Below, piece by piece: positions 8,164 through 18,160 of a stretch of DNA of 36,183 nt. The first letter of the stretch is position 1. Every line of letters starts with the position of its first letter. A program made the position numbers and the translations under genes. Origin of the DNA: Hadesarchaea archaeon DG-33 (GTDB lineage: Archaea; Hadarchaeota; Hadarchaeia; Hadarchaeales; Hadarchaeaceae); NCBI GenBank assembly GCA_001515185.1, contig LQHI01000062.1, positions 1-36,183 of the forward strand, given 5' to 3'. A model generated the notes under the pieces. The model was not told where the DNA came from and did not search any database. It worked only from the letters and a program-made list of their open reading frames with translations.

Positions 8164-10497
8164 TTATGGCCGCTGTAATGCGATGATTGCCTGCCCGACA
8201 GAGATGCCACCATCACCCGGGGGCAGAAGCTCGTGTTGGACAAATCTCAACCCAGCTTTCTCGACTTCCTCGCGCACAGCTGCGGTGATTGCTCTGTTAT
8301 AGAAAACTCCACCTGACCCTCCAACGACTTCAATCCCCTTAGAGGAAGCTGCGTCGATAGCGACTGAAGCCAACCCCTGAGCGATAGCTCGTTGAGCCGC
8401 AGCCGCGATGTGTCTGCGGGAAACTCGTGCTCGAAGGGCATCGAGTACGTCCACAAGCAACCGAGATGTGTTGACGACCATCATCCCGTCGACCTTTTCG
8501 ATCACGGGTTCTATCCTTGCTTCCTCTGTGTCTCCCTTGTTCGCGGCCGCCTCGAGTTTGATCGCTGGCTCGCCCTCGTATGTCCGTTCGTCGCAAATTC
8601 CGAGCAGGCAGGCGATGGCATCGAGCACCCTACCGCAACTGCTCGTTTGGAACACGTTCAAATCGCGCTCGAGTTGGCGAATGACGATATCTACCTCTCG
8701 CTTCCCGCGTCTGAAGCTACTCGCGCAGAACTCGTCCAGAACCCGCTCAAGCGCCTCACGCCCGAGCTGCTGCCAGAGGATGCCTGCAACCATGCGTGCT
8801 GGAAATATCGCCGCCAAGTCACCCCCCGGCATACGCTGACTCATTAGCCCGCCCACACGTTTGAACGAACTCAAATCGGCCAACATGACTTCGCCACCCC
8901 ATATCGTGCCATCTGGACCATATCCAACACCATCTGCGGCGATGCCGACGAACTCGCTTAGACCACATTCTGCCATCAGGGTTACAAGGTGAGCGTGATG
9001 ATGTTGGACAGAAAAGGTTCTCGCTCCGAGCTTCCTTGCCATCCGCGGTGCAATCCTTGTCGTTGCATAGTTGGGGTGTAAATCGTGGACAACTATGTCA
9101 ACTGAGTCCAAGTTTAACAAGCGCATAAGCCTCTCAACAGCTGATTGCATATATTTGAGGGTTTCCACTTTTGTGGTGTCGCCTATATGTTGACTGGGGA
9201 AGCACCGGTCGCCCGTCAGAACCGAGCAAGTCACATTGAGCTCCGCTCCCACTGCGAGCACTTTTTTATCACTCGTGAAAGTGAGCTTCACGGGCTCCGG
9301 CACGTAACCTCGCGAACGCCTCAAGAATGCTGGCTTCCCATCGACCTCCTTGATCACCGAATCATCACATCGGTTGACGATTAGCCGATCATGAAGTAGG
9401 AAGTAATCGACGCCCCCACGCAGCTTCCTGAAGGCTTCGGTATTATCTATTATCATCGGCAACCCAGCGACATTTGCGCTCGTCATGACGTAGGCCGGGT
9501 CCTTGCCGTAGCTCAGAATGAGGTGATGAATTCCCGAGTAAGGAAGCATCACGCCTACCGAGTCCAAGCCGGGTGCCACGAACTCTGAAAGCATGTAGTC
9601 GTTAGAGCGTTGGAGCACAACTATCGGCCGCCGAAAGGATGTCAGCGACTCAACTTCGGCTTTACCGACCTCTGCAAAAGTTCGGATTGTCCTAATATCT
9701 CTGGACATTACCGCAAATGGTTGCTGAAAGCGGTTGAATGCCCTCCGCATGCGTGTGAGTACCCCATCCTCGGTCGTTTTCGATGCTATGTGAATTCCCC
9801 CTAATCCCTTGATGGCGACCACGCTGCCCCCATCGAGCAGACGCGCTACCTCACGCAGCGGTTCGGACACATCAATGGGATTACCTTCTGCATCGTAGAG
9901 CTTCATCCGGGGGCCGCAGATAGAACAACACGTTGGTTCTGCATGGTATCGTCGGTCGGGTGGGTCTTGATACTCACGAAGGCAATCGGTGCAGAGGGGG
10001 AAAGCCTTCATTGAAGTTCGGGGGCGGTCGTAGGGAAGCTTCTCGATTATAGTGAAGCGAGGACCACAGTTGACGCAGGTGATGAAAGGATAATTATAGC
10101 GCCGGTCGCTTGGGTCGAGCATCTCGTGTAAGCAACCGTCGCAGAGCGCGAGGTCGGGTGGCACTACCGAAGGAAGCCCCAAGCCGGTCGTTTCACTCGG
10201 CACTACCCTAAAAATAGCGAATTCGTTGGTTGGATTCTTCCACGCAACTCGGATGTCATCAATTCGCGCGAGCGGCGGTTGTTCGGGACACAGCGAGTTG
10301 ACAAATTTTTCGATTGCTCTTTTATCACCCTCGACTACCACCTGCACTCCCGCGTCGCCCATGTTTCGGGCGAAGCCGGTGAGCCCGTGGTGAGCAGCAA
10401 GTCGATAGATGAACGGTCTGAATCCTACACCCTGCACTAGGCCAGTAACTGCTATTTCAGCACGGGCGCGCAAATCCCCACCCAATTTTAAACACAT
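8164..10497 (-). CDS. hypF: Hydrogenase maturation carbamoyltransferase
   Basis: GLVQGVGFRPF acylphosphatase domain, CxxC zinc fingers (CVNCGPRFT), KGLGG, QHHHAH, GDGGISVGQ. Confidence 0.96.
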   Translation of the reverse strand: MCLKLGGDLRARAEIAVTGLVQGVGFRPFIYRLAAHHGLTGFARNMGDAGVQVVVEGDKRAIEKFVNSLCPEQPPLARIDDIRVAWKNPTNEFAIFRVVPSETTGLGLPSVVPPDLALCDGCLHEMLDPSDRRYNYPFITCVNCGPRFTIIEKLPYDRPRTSMKAFPLCTDCLREYQDPPDRRYHAEPTCCSICGPRMKLYDAEGNPIDVSEPLREVARLLDGGSVVAIKGLGGIHIASKTTEDGVLTRMRRAFNRFQQPFAVMSRDIRTIRTFAEVGKAEVESLTSFRRPIVVLQRSNDYMLSEFVAPGLDSVGVMLPYSGIHHLILSYGKDPAYVMTSANVAGLPMIIDNTEAFRKLRGGVDYFLLHDRLIVNRCDDSVIKEVDGKPAFLRRSRGYVPEPVKLTFTSDKKVLAVGAELNVTCSVLTGDRCFPSQHIGDTTKVETLKYMQSAVERLMRLLNLDSVDIVVHDLHPNYATTRIAPRMARKLGARTFSVQHHHAHLVTLMAECGLSEFVGIAADGVGYGPDGTIWGGEVMLADLSSFKRVGGLMSQRMPGGDLAAIFPARMVAGILWQQLGREALERVLDEFCASSFRRGKREVDIVIRQLERDLNVFQTSSCGRVLDAIACLLGICDERTYEGEPAIKLEAAANKGDTEEARIEPVIEKVDGMMVVNTSRLLVDVLDALRARVSRRHIAAAAQRAIAQGLASVAIDAASSKGIEVVGGSGGVFYNRAITAAVREEVEKAGLRFVQHELLPPGDGGISVGQAIIALQRP

Positions 10498-10521
10498 CAG
10501 GCCTCAGTTTTAAAAACTCGC

Positions 10522-12489
10522 CTAACTGATGCCCAGCCTCTTCCACTCTTCATCTACCGTCCGCTGGATTCCCGCGATTTCCTCATCAGTGAGATGCCTA
10601 AATCTCCTCTGCATTTTCAAGTAATCTGCAACCGGCCTTCGCTTGGGTGGCTTAAAAGTGAGCTTAAACACGCCATTCTCGATCTCATAGAGATTCCACA
10701 TTCCTGTCAACACCGCAAGCTTGGCGATCTCGATCGTCTTGCTGGAATCAATCCTCCATCCTGGACCACACGGGCAATGGACGTGAATATAGGTTGGTCC
10801 TTCAATCGAGGCCGCTTTCTTTACTTTTTTGATGTAATCGAGTGGGTAGCCAACTGAAGCAGTCGCAACGTAAGGAGCACGATGGGCCGCGATTATTGCT
10901 GGCATATCTTTTTTCGGGAGATCCTCGCCTCGCTTCACCTTGCCTACGGGTGTTGTAGTTGTCCATGCGCTGTAGGGCGTTGCTCCACTTCGCTGAATCC
11001 CTGTATTGTGAACCACGATCCCGTCAGCGATAAAGTTGTGTTCACCTTCAACCCTCAAATCCAAAGTGGGTTCTTTCCCAACTAGTTTGATTTTTTCTAT
11101 TTTTTCCATCTCGAAATGTCCATTTTCTATCAAGAAGTTTTGATACTTGTACTGAGATGGATATTTCTTTACATTCCACTTCTTCCTTTTGCTGAAACAT
11201 ATGTACCCAAACGCCGTATCTTTTAGCAATCTTCTGTGCACACATTTTCTACCTTTTTTCCTTTCCTGCCAATGGATCTTCCCCACTCTGTATCCCATGG
11301 TTTGCAAAAGTAATCTCAAACGTTGAAGTAACTCATGGCTTGCAGAGACGTATCTAAAGCTGTTGCCGTTTTTATAACCATCCGAAAGCATGAGCCCTTC
11401 AATGAACGCCTCTTTTTCTTCTTTTGAGAGGGTAAAGATCCAAGGTGGTATTGTTTTATTTTTAGCTCCCGAACCAAAGCCTAAAAAGTGGATAAATCTC
11501 GCAAGATTAACCGAGTTCATATAAATGTACATATCATTGGTTCTCACTCCGTTACCAAAAAGAACATGTTGAAGTTTAACCAAACTTCTCCTTTCATTCG
11601 ATCCTTTAGGCAAGGCAAAGCCGACCTCGCCTCTCCCGGGCCTTACCCATCCATCTCCGACCCATATGCCAAGATATTTCATGAAAGCTGGAGATGAATG
11701 CTTTGGTAAATTAACTTCGTTTAGATGTGTTACTTTGCCTCCCTTTTGTATGGGATTGAATCTAAATTTGAAAGATTTTCCACCATTTAGATTTTTCAGT
11801 ACTACTATCCTATCTCTGACCTTGAGTTCACATAGAGTTTTCCAAACGAGTTTGTTTTTCCTCCCTCTACCGTTCCTTTTCAACACAAGGAAAGGATGGT
11901 TAGGCGTGGCACTTATGGTATGATGCAAGGTTTCAATTTCAAATACTTCCCGTGCTCCGTTGTCGAATATGCCTATGCATCTTTTCAAAACTGGTTGATG
12001 GGTTTTCAAGTCGAATGTATATATCTCGTCACCTTCTTTTACTTCTGTTATTTTCTTGAGACCATCTTTTGTCATTATGAGTGAAGAGGTGCTCAAACAA
12101 TTCATGTAAGCCTCGTTGTCAGTACAAATGTATAGCACATTGTGGTTGCGCTCGACCATCCCAGAAAGAGCTTGAAGCCCGATGTCTACCGTGCCTCCAT
12201 CGCCGCCTATCGCCACGACCTTGATACCACGTTTACCCAAGCTTTTCAAACCAGCTTCAACTCCAGAAGCGACTGCAGCGGCGTTCTCAAAAGCAACATG
12301 TATCCAAGGCACTCGCCAAGCGGTTTCTGGATATGGTGTGGTCACAACCTCCATGCAACCAGTTGGGGCGCAAACGATAGTGTTTTTACCAAGAGCTTTT
12401 AGTGCGTACCTCACCGCAAGGATGCTGCCACATCCTGGGCATGCGCGGTGTCCAGGCGCAAGCAATTCTTCTTCTGAAAATTGTTTCAT
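10522..12489 (-). CDS. porB: Pyruvate/2-oxoacid:ferredoxin oxidoreductase beta subunit, intein-containing
   Basis: GHRACPGCG, TGCMEV, GGDGG TPP motif, DNEAYMN|TGIQRS interrupted by an intein, HCPCGPGW. Confidence 0.95.
   Translation of the reverse strand: MKQFSEEELLAPGHRACPGCGSILAVRYALKALGKNTIVCAPTGCMEVVTTPYPETAWRVPWIHVAFENAAAVASGVEAGLKSLGKRGIKVVAIGGDGGTVDIGLQALSGMVERNHNVLYICTDNEAYMNCLSTSSLIMTKDGLKKITEVKEGDEIYTFDLKTHQPVLKRCIGIFDNGAREVFEIETLHHTISATPNHPFLVLKRNGRGRKNKLVWKTLCELKVRDRIVVLKNLNGGKSFKFRFNPIQKGGKVTHLNEVNLPKHSSPAFMKYLGIWVGDGWVRPGRGEVGFALPKGSNERRSLVKLQHVLFGNGVRTNDMYIYMNSVNLARFIHFLGFGSGAKNKTIPPWIFTLSKEEKEAFIEGLMLSDGYKNGNSFRYVSASHELLQRLRLLLQTMGYRVGKIHWQERKKGRKCVHRRLLKDTAFGYICFSKRKKWNVKKYPSQYKYQNFLIENGHFEMEKIEKIKLVGKEPTLDLRVEGEHNFIADGIVVHNTGIQRSGATPYSAWTTTTPVGKVKRGEDLPKKDMPAIIAAHRAPYVATASVGYPLDYIKKVKKAASIEGPTYIHVHCPCGPGWRIDSSKTIEIAKLAVLTGMWNLYEIENGVFKLTFKPPKRRPVADYLKMQRRFRHLTDEEIAGIQRTVDEEWKRLGIS
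11005..12099 (-). mobile_element. Intein (365 aa) with LAGLIDADG homing endonuclease in PorB
   Basis: Starts CLSTSS, block B ATPNHPFL, LAGLIDADG blocks LGIWVGDG and FIEGLMLSDG, ends HNFIADGIVVHN followed by Thr(+1). Visibly more AT-rich than the flanks. Removal leaves a 290-aa PorB. Confidence 0.95.
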
Positions 12490-13670
12490 GGTTTTAACCC
12501 CACCATAGTTTCTCTCAATCCTAGCCAGCGGACAGTTTTTTTGACTTCACCGATTTTTGCTGCTTCCATCGCTGCTTTGGTCGCTTCCCTAATTTGAAGT
12601 GATGAAACATCACGTCCCCCAAGACCACAGATGAAATTCAACAGAAGCGGAGACTTTCTAGAATTTACAAACGTCCCAGAAAGGTCCGAAAAAAGTGCTC
12701 CAGTGGAACCGGGCGAGAAATCTTTTTCGAGCACAGCTATGGCCTTGGCATGGGCAAGCGAGTCCACCAACTCTTTCTCTGGAAAAGGCCTGAATGCTCG
12801 CACCTTCACGAGTCCAACTCGCTCATCGTGGCCGCGGTACTCATCAATCACCTCTTTAACGCTGCCGCTCAACGAACCCATTGTGAGCAAAATTACGTCG
12901 GCATCATCACTTCGATAACACTCTATGAGGTCACTTTTCCTTCCGAATTGTCTACCGAATGCTTGTCCAACTTCAATTATTTTTTCCTTCGATTTGAGTA
13001 CAGCTTCTTGCAACATATATCTGAATTCCTCATAGTACTCTGGTACCCCAACTGCACCCATCGTGATTGGCTTCTCTGGATCGAGGAGATAAGGATACTT
13101 GTAGGGGGGCAGGAATTTATCGACTTCAGCCTGCTCAGGAATCTCCACTGGCTCGGCCGTGTGTGAGAGGATATATCCATCGAAACAGACCATCACTGGA
13201 AGCAAGGACTCTTCAGCGATGCGAAATGCCTGAATCGTCGAGTCGAGAACCTCTTGATTATTCTCGCAATAAAGCTGTATCCAACCGCAATCGCGCACAG
13301 CTACTGAGTCTTGTTGGTCGCACCAAATGCTGAGAGGTGCAGAGAGCGAGCGATTTGCGTTCGCCATGACAATAGGTAGCCGCATACCGGAAGCGACGAA
13401 CAATATCTCGCTCATGAGCATTAGTCCCTGAGAGGAAGTCGCAGTGAATGTCCTCGCCCCTACAGCCGCAGAACCTAAGCAAGCACTTAGTGCACTGTGT
13501 TCTGATTCCACTTTGATGTATTCTGCGTCCAGCTCACCATCAGCCACGAATTCGGCAAGTCTCTCTACGATAATCGTCTGCGGGGTTATTGGGTAAGCTG
13601 AGATGACCTTGACGCGCGCAAGCTTTGCAGCGATGGCAGCGGCTTCGTCGCCAGTGACAAGTTGCTTCAT
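12486..13670 (-). CDS. porA: Pyruvate/2-oxoacid:ferredoxin oxidoreductase alpha subunit
   Basis: AYPITPQT, VESEHSA, TATSSQGL, GLGGRD. Confidence 0.95.
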   Translation of the reverse strand: MKQLVTGDEAAAIAAKLARVKVISAYPITPQTIIVERLAEFVADGELDAEYIKVESEHSALSACLGSAAVGARTFTATSSQGLMLMSEILFVASGMRLPIVMANANRSLSAPLSIWCDQQDSVAVRDCGWIQLYCENNQEVLDSTIQAFRIAEESLLPVMVCFDGYILSHTAEPVEIPEQAEVDKFLPPYKYPYLLDPEKPITMGAVGVPEYYEEFRYMLQEAVLKSKEKIIEVGQAFGRQFGRKSDLIECYRSDDADVILLTMGSLSGSVKEVIDEYRGHDERVGLVKVRAFRPFPEKELVDSLAHAKAIAVLEKDFSPGSTGALFSDLSGTFVNSRKSPLLLNFICGLGGRDVSSLQIREATKAAMEAAKIGEVKKTVRWLGLRETMVGLKP

Positions 13671-13927
13671 TTTTGTCCCTCCTCAACCATCACTATCGCT
13701 TTGACTGGGCACTCATTGGCACAGATACCACAGCCCTTACAATATCGGTAGTCAATAACGACAGGCTTGCCCTTGGTGATTGCTGGTTCAGGACAATAAA
13801 GCCAGCACAGCCCACATCCATTGCATTTTTCAGCATCGACCACTGGTTTGAGACTCCGCCAACTGCCAGTTTCATTTTGCTCACTATTCCCCGGTTTAAG
13901 GATAATCGTGCTAGGGGGCAATTTCAT
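13667..13927 (-). CDS. porD: POR delta subunit (2x[4Fe-4S])
   Basis: [34 protein letters not shown]. Confidence 0.94.
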   Translation of the reverse strand: MKLPPSTIILKPGNSEQNETGSWRSLKPVVDAEKCNGCGLCWLYCPEPAITKGKPVVIDYRYCKGCGICANECPVKAIVMVEEGQK

Positions 13928-14466
13928 GTTATCACCTTTGTTTGTTCATACGCTGCTTTTATCGCGGCAATGTTTTTGTCCGCAAGTTTGCCGGAAAAGC
14001 GCCCTTTGGTCACATTTATGAGCGAGTCCAAGGACACGAGCTTAGTCGCCTTCGCAAAAGCTCCCAGCATAGCCGTGTTTGTTATCGGCACTCCTAGCAT
14101 CTCCTTCGCTATTGAAGTGGCATCGACAAAAGCGGTTTTAGCATGGGAAAATTGCGCATTTTTTTTAGAGTTGAGCACTATTAGTCCATCATGCTTTATG
14201 CCAGAAGCGACGCTCACAACTTCTAGCAGTGAAGGGTCTAGTACCACCACATAGTCAGGTTCGTAAATTTGCGTGCGGATACGAATTGGCCTGCTATCGA
14301 TTCGCGTGAACGCGAGCACAGGCGCCCCCCTCCTCTCGGCGCCGAAAAATGGGAGAGCTTGGCTATATTTACCTTCCGCAAAAGCCGCCTCGGCAAGCAA
14401 CCTAGCCGCGGTCACTGCTCCTTGCCCACCGCGACCATGAAATCTTATCTCTATCATGCCATTCAT
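13924..14466 (-). CDS. porC: POR gamma subunit
   Basis: [31 protein letters not shown]. The start could be 14457. Confidence 0.95.
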
Positions 14467-14674
14467 GGAAATTTCACTCCGACTCTATAAGGATTTTTTT
14501 ACTATAATTTAACACTTTCGCGTAAGGGTCTGTAGGAGCTAGGGAACGCCTGAGTAAATTTCATTCATCGAGCGGTCTGCAAGCCCGAAATGGCAAGGTC
14601 GAGAGAAAGATGGAACAGCCGGCGCGAACTTTTAATCACCCAAAATGGTTATAGCTTGCAATTCTGAATAATGC

Positions 14675-14905
14675 ATGGTTGAGAAAATGGGTAAGAAATG
14701 GGGCCACTATCGTGCGGGAGGACGAAGTCAGCCAGTCTCTTGTGTCTATTGCGGGCGAATGGTGCCTAGAATAAAAGCCGTATCAGTGAGGAAGGGTTTC
14801 AGGGTTGACCCCAGAATTCCCGGTATCGATCGGAGGCGCGTTTTTACTCCCAGCTTCAAAGGTTACGCTTGCATTTCCTGCGCCAAGCACCGCGGCCTAG
14901 TTTAA
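14675..14905 (+). CDS. rps26e: 30S ribosomal protein eS26 (short form)
   Basis: CVYCGRMVPRIKAV...[11 protein letters not shown] matches the eS26 CxxC...VPxxKA...CxxCA pattern. The start could be 14687. Confidence 0.82.
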   Translation: MVEKMGKKWGHYRAGGRSQPVSCVYCGRMVPRIKAVSVRKGFRVDPRIPGIDRRRVFTPSFKGYACISCAKHRGLV

Positions 14906-15635
14906 TTGCTTTAACTATTTCACGAATTTTTGCTACCCTATCTTTTGCGTGCTCAACGATGGTCCCGGTTACAATAATATCTGCACCGGCTTTCACGCGC
15001 TCGCCAGCCGCTTTTGGTGTTTTTATCCCGCCCCCCACGATGAGCGTCGCCTGCGTTGCCTTCCGCACCGCTCGCACCATGTTTGTCGGCACTGGTATAG
15101 GTGCCCCTGAACCAGCCTCGAGGTAGACGAACCTCATTCCCAGATATTGCGCCGTGAGCGCGTATGCCGCGGCCAGCTCAGGTTTGGCGCGAGGGAGTAG
15201 GTCTGCCTTCCCGACCCGCCCGACCGCCTGACCAGGTTCGACCAATAAATATGCCATAGGCAAGGTTTCCAACTTGAATTGCTTGACGAGCGGCGCCCCG
15301 CGCTTTTGTGCACCAGTAATAAAATAGGGGTCACGGGAGTTGAGCATGCTCATGAAAAAGATTGCATCCGCATGCCGGCTTACTCCTGCTTCGCTTGCAG
15401 GAAAAAGGATAACAGGAAGTTTTATGGCTTTTTTTATCTCCACCACAGTTCGGTCGAGGAGACTGCCACCTGCGAGAGTAGAGCCACCAACCATGATGCC
15501 GTCACTTCCCGCAAATGCAGCATCGGAAGCTATTTGCGCAGCGACTCTCGGTACCTGTTTTGCTGGGTCTATAAGCGTTAAGTGAGCCGCGCCATCTCGA
15601 GCTATGGCCCGTTTCAACCGCTCCTCTACCTTCAT
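14856..15635 (-). CDS. Geranylgeranylglyceryl phosphate synthase (group II-like)
   Basis: [39 protein letters not shown] at 15635 overlaps the rpl40e stop (ATGA). Confidence 0.93.
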   Translation of the reverse strand: MKVEERLKRAIARDGAAHLTLIDPAKQVPRVAAQIASDAAFAGSDGIMVGGSTLAGGSLLDRTVVEIKKAIKLPVILFPASEAGVSRHADAIFFMSMLNSRDPYFITGAQKRGAPLVKQFKLETLPMAYLLVEPGQAVGRVGKADLLPRAKPELAAAYALTAQYLGMRFVYLEAGSGAPIPVPTNMVRAVRKATQATLIVGGGIKTPKAAGERVKAGADIIVTGTIVEHAKDRVAKIREIVKAIKLGRGAWRRKCKRNL

Positions 15636-15778
15636 CCTCGTGGCTCCCTCGATTTCGACCTCAGCCCGCCGTAGCCGCACTTCCTGCACTTGGTTGCCTT
15701 CCAAGGGTTGTGGGCGTTGCACCGCATACATATCTTCACGTTAAATAGGCGCCGCTCAGCAGCTTCAAACTTCACCAT
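15632..15778 (-). CDS. rpl40e: 50S ribosomal protein eL40
   Basis: [36 protein letters not shown]. Confidence 0.95.
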   Translation of the reverse strand: MVKFEAAERRLFNVKICMRCNAHNPWKATKCRKCGYGGLRSKSREPRG

Positions 15779-15782
15779 AATA

Positions 15783-16670
15783 TCATCTCCCTCCTTCAAC
15801 CTTCCTGAAAACCTCGGGCAACTTGTCAAGCAAGTCCGATGCCACGAATTCATTACCCTTCTCCCGGAGGCAGAGGTCTCCTGCTTGTCCGCATGCCCAA
15901 GCTCCAGCGACCGTAGCCTTGAAAGGCTCTACTCCTTGCGCCAAGAAGGTGCCCACAATTCCCGCAAGTACGTCACCTGTACCTCCCACTGTCATTCCGG
16001 GGTTGCCCGTGTAATTGAGTTTCACTTCCCCAGCGGGCGAGGCGATGATATCAACCCACGCTTTCAACAGCACGGTGCAGCCTAACTCCTTTGCGGCGGC
16101 CTTGACCTGCTGGGCCCGCCCGTTGATATCAGCTGGAAGATCCACGCCCGTTAGTAATTCGAACTCACGTGCATGTGGCGTCAGGACCCAATGCATCCCT
16201 TGAGGTAAACTCCGCTCTGATGCCAGCGCCTTCAGCCCATCCGCGTCGAACAGCGCAGGCAGGTTCGGGTGCGCCTCCTTGAGCGCTCGCGAGAGTTCAA
16301 TTACGGCGTCACGCGTCTTCGCAAGCGTGCCCAACCCTGGCCCCACAACTACGGCCGTTGAGAGTTTGAATTCATTCCGCAATTCAGAAAGTGCGGTGGG
16401 CTCTAGGTCGCGGCAGGGGAGTTTGATGGTGATGAGGTCTGGCGAGAACGAATTTATCGTCCAAGCTGCTTTTTCAGGCGCAGCGATGATCGCGAGGTCA
16501 ACACCGGAACGTAACGCGGCTAGGCCAACGAGCGCTGGAGCTCCAACGTAACGCGAACCCCCTCCGACGACGAGCAACCGCCCATAGTCACCTTTGTGTG
16601 CTCCCCGCCTTCGTTTCGGTAAAACTGCCGACACATCCTTTTTTCCAACACGCATTTTAGGATTTACCAC
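15783..16670 (-). CDS. nnrD: ADP/ATP-dependent NAD(P)HX dehydratase (stand-alone NnrD domain)
   Basis: [40 protein letters not shown]. Confidence 0.93.
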   Translation of the reverse strand: MVNPKMRVGKKDVSAVLPKRRRGAHKGDYGRLLVVGGGSRYVGAPALVGLAALRSGVDLAIIAAPEKAAWTINSFSPDLITIKLPCRDLEPTALSELRNEFKLSTAVVVGPGLGTLAKTRDAVIELSRALKEAHPNLPALFDADGLKALASERSLPQGMHWVLTPHAREFELLTGVDLPADINGRAQQVKAAAKELGCTVLLKAWVDIIASPAGEVKLNYTGNPGMTVGGTGDVLAGIVGTFLAQGVEPFKATVAGAWACGQAGDLCLREKGNEFVASDLLDKLPEVFRKVEGGR

Positions 16671-16801
16671 AGGTGCACCTCTGAAGGAAGAAGCGCTGCT
16701 GGATATAAAAACTTAGTTAGCTTGCCATGTTGAGCTGCCGCAATTATTTAAATATATACCATTTGAGTAAACCTATGAAGTGAGAGTTTGCCAAAACAAA
16801 C

Positions 16802-18160
16802 ATGGACGAAAAATCTTCAGGGAACCCTTCGCGAGGTCGAGAGCAAATGCTAATGCTGAAGCCACATTTCAGCACCAACCCTCAAGGACATCTTGTGATT
16901 GGGGGCGCCGATGCGGTCGAACTCGCCGAGCGATTTGGGACCCCTTTATACGTGGTCGATGAGCAACGAATGCGCGAGAATTACAGGCGCGTCTACCACG
17001 CCTTTGCCGAACGATGGCCAAGCGTATTTGTCTGCTATGCCCTCAAGGCTAACTCCAACTTGGCGATTTGCAAAATCATGCAGAGCGAGAATGCGGGTGC
17101 GGAGGTTAGCTCCGGCAATGAACTCCGAAACGCCCTGAATGTTGGCGTTCCTGGTGAGAGGGCAATCTTTAACGGCAACCACAAATCACCTCCGGAGCTC
17201 GAGTACGCGATAACCAACAATGTTCTAATAAACGTCGACAGTTTTCAAGAACTTAATGTGGTTGAAAGCATCGCCTCACGGATTGGGAAAAAGGCAAGGA
17301 TAGGGTTTAGGGTGAACCCCGACGTGGAGACACCGACTCACCCATACATAGCCACGGGACTCCGGGAGAGCAAATTTGGGTTTGATGTTGCGAGTGGGCA
17401 GGCGCTTGAGGCGTACAAACTCGCGTCAAAAATGACGAACGTCGAGGTTGTCGCCATCCATGCTCATATCGGCTCTCAAATCCTCGATGTCGGGCCCTTC
17501 GAGGAGGAGGCCGAGAAACTCATGGCTCTAGTAGTCGAGATTAAAAAAAGTTTTAATATTAACCTTCAATTCGTCGATTTCGGAGGCGGTATCGGCGTCC
17601 CCTATAAACCAGATGACCCAGAGCTCAAACCCGAGCAAGTGGCAGAACGCATAGTGACTGTGGTCAAGCGGGTCGTCGAAGAAAAGAATCTCACAAAACC
17701 GACAATTGTCTTTGAACCGGGGCGGAGCATAATCGCCGACGCAAGTGTGTTGCTGGCGCGTGTCGGCTACACCAAGGAGCGACCCGGGATGCCAACATGG
17801 GTGGCGGTCGACGCAGGGATGAACGCGCTGATTAGGCCGGCCCTCTACGGCGCCTATCACCATATTGAACTAGCGAACAAAATCCTAGAAAAAAATGAGA
17901 AACTCTTCAATGTCGCTGGCCCCCTTTGTGAGTCTGGCGATTTCTTGGGTAAGGAACGCAAGTTGCCTGCCACCGAACCCGGAGATCTGGCTGTGATTTT
18001 CGATGTTGGAGCCTACGGCTTAGCGGTGTCGAACCAGCATACCGCTCAGCCCCGCCCGGCGATGGTCTTGGTCAACCGTGGCAAGGCCGAGATCGTCCGA
18101 AAGCGGGAAAGTTATGAAGACCTGACTCGCCTCGACCAAATCCCCGGGTGGCTGAAGTGA
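16802..18160 (+). CDS. lysA: Diaminopimelate decarboxylase
   Basis: FGTPLYV, YALKAN (PLP lysine), SKFG, HIGSQ, EPGRS, GPLCESGD, GAYG. The start could be 16847. Confidence 0.96.
   Translation: MDEKSSGNPSRGREQMLMLKPHFSTNPQGHLVIGGADAVELAERFGTPLYVVDEQRMRENYRRVYHAFAERWPSVFVCYALKANSNLAICKIMQSENAGAEVSSGNELRNALNVGVPGERAIFNGNHKSPPELEYAITNNVLINVDSFQELNVVESIASRIGKKARIGFRVNPDVETPTHPYIATGLRESKFGFDVASGQALEAYKLASKMTNVEVVAIHAHIGSQILDVGPFEEEAEKLMALVVEIKKSFNINLQFVDFGGGIGVPYKPDDPELKPEQVAERIVTVVKRVVEEKNLTKPTIVFEPGRSIIADASVLLARVGYTKERPGMPTWVAVDAGMNALIRPALYGAYHHIELANKILEKNEKLFNVAGPLCESGDFLGKERKLPATEPGDLAVIFDVGAYGLAVSNQHTAQPRPAMVLVNRGKAEIVRKRESYEDLTRLDQIPGWLK

Noticed and set aside
15636..15853. ORF-track N-terminal extensions of GGGP synthase (to 15731) and rpl40e (to 15853)
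   Set aside because: They overlap the upstream genes; starts at 15635 and 15778 give normal lengths and tight coupling.
16671..16850. Lysine riboswitch before lysA, and short words shared with 14517-14628 (AGGTCGAGAG, TGAGTAAA, AGGGAAC)
   Set aside because: The leader after the TTTAAATA box is too short, and the shared words are short and in a different order, so chance cannot be excluded.
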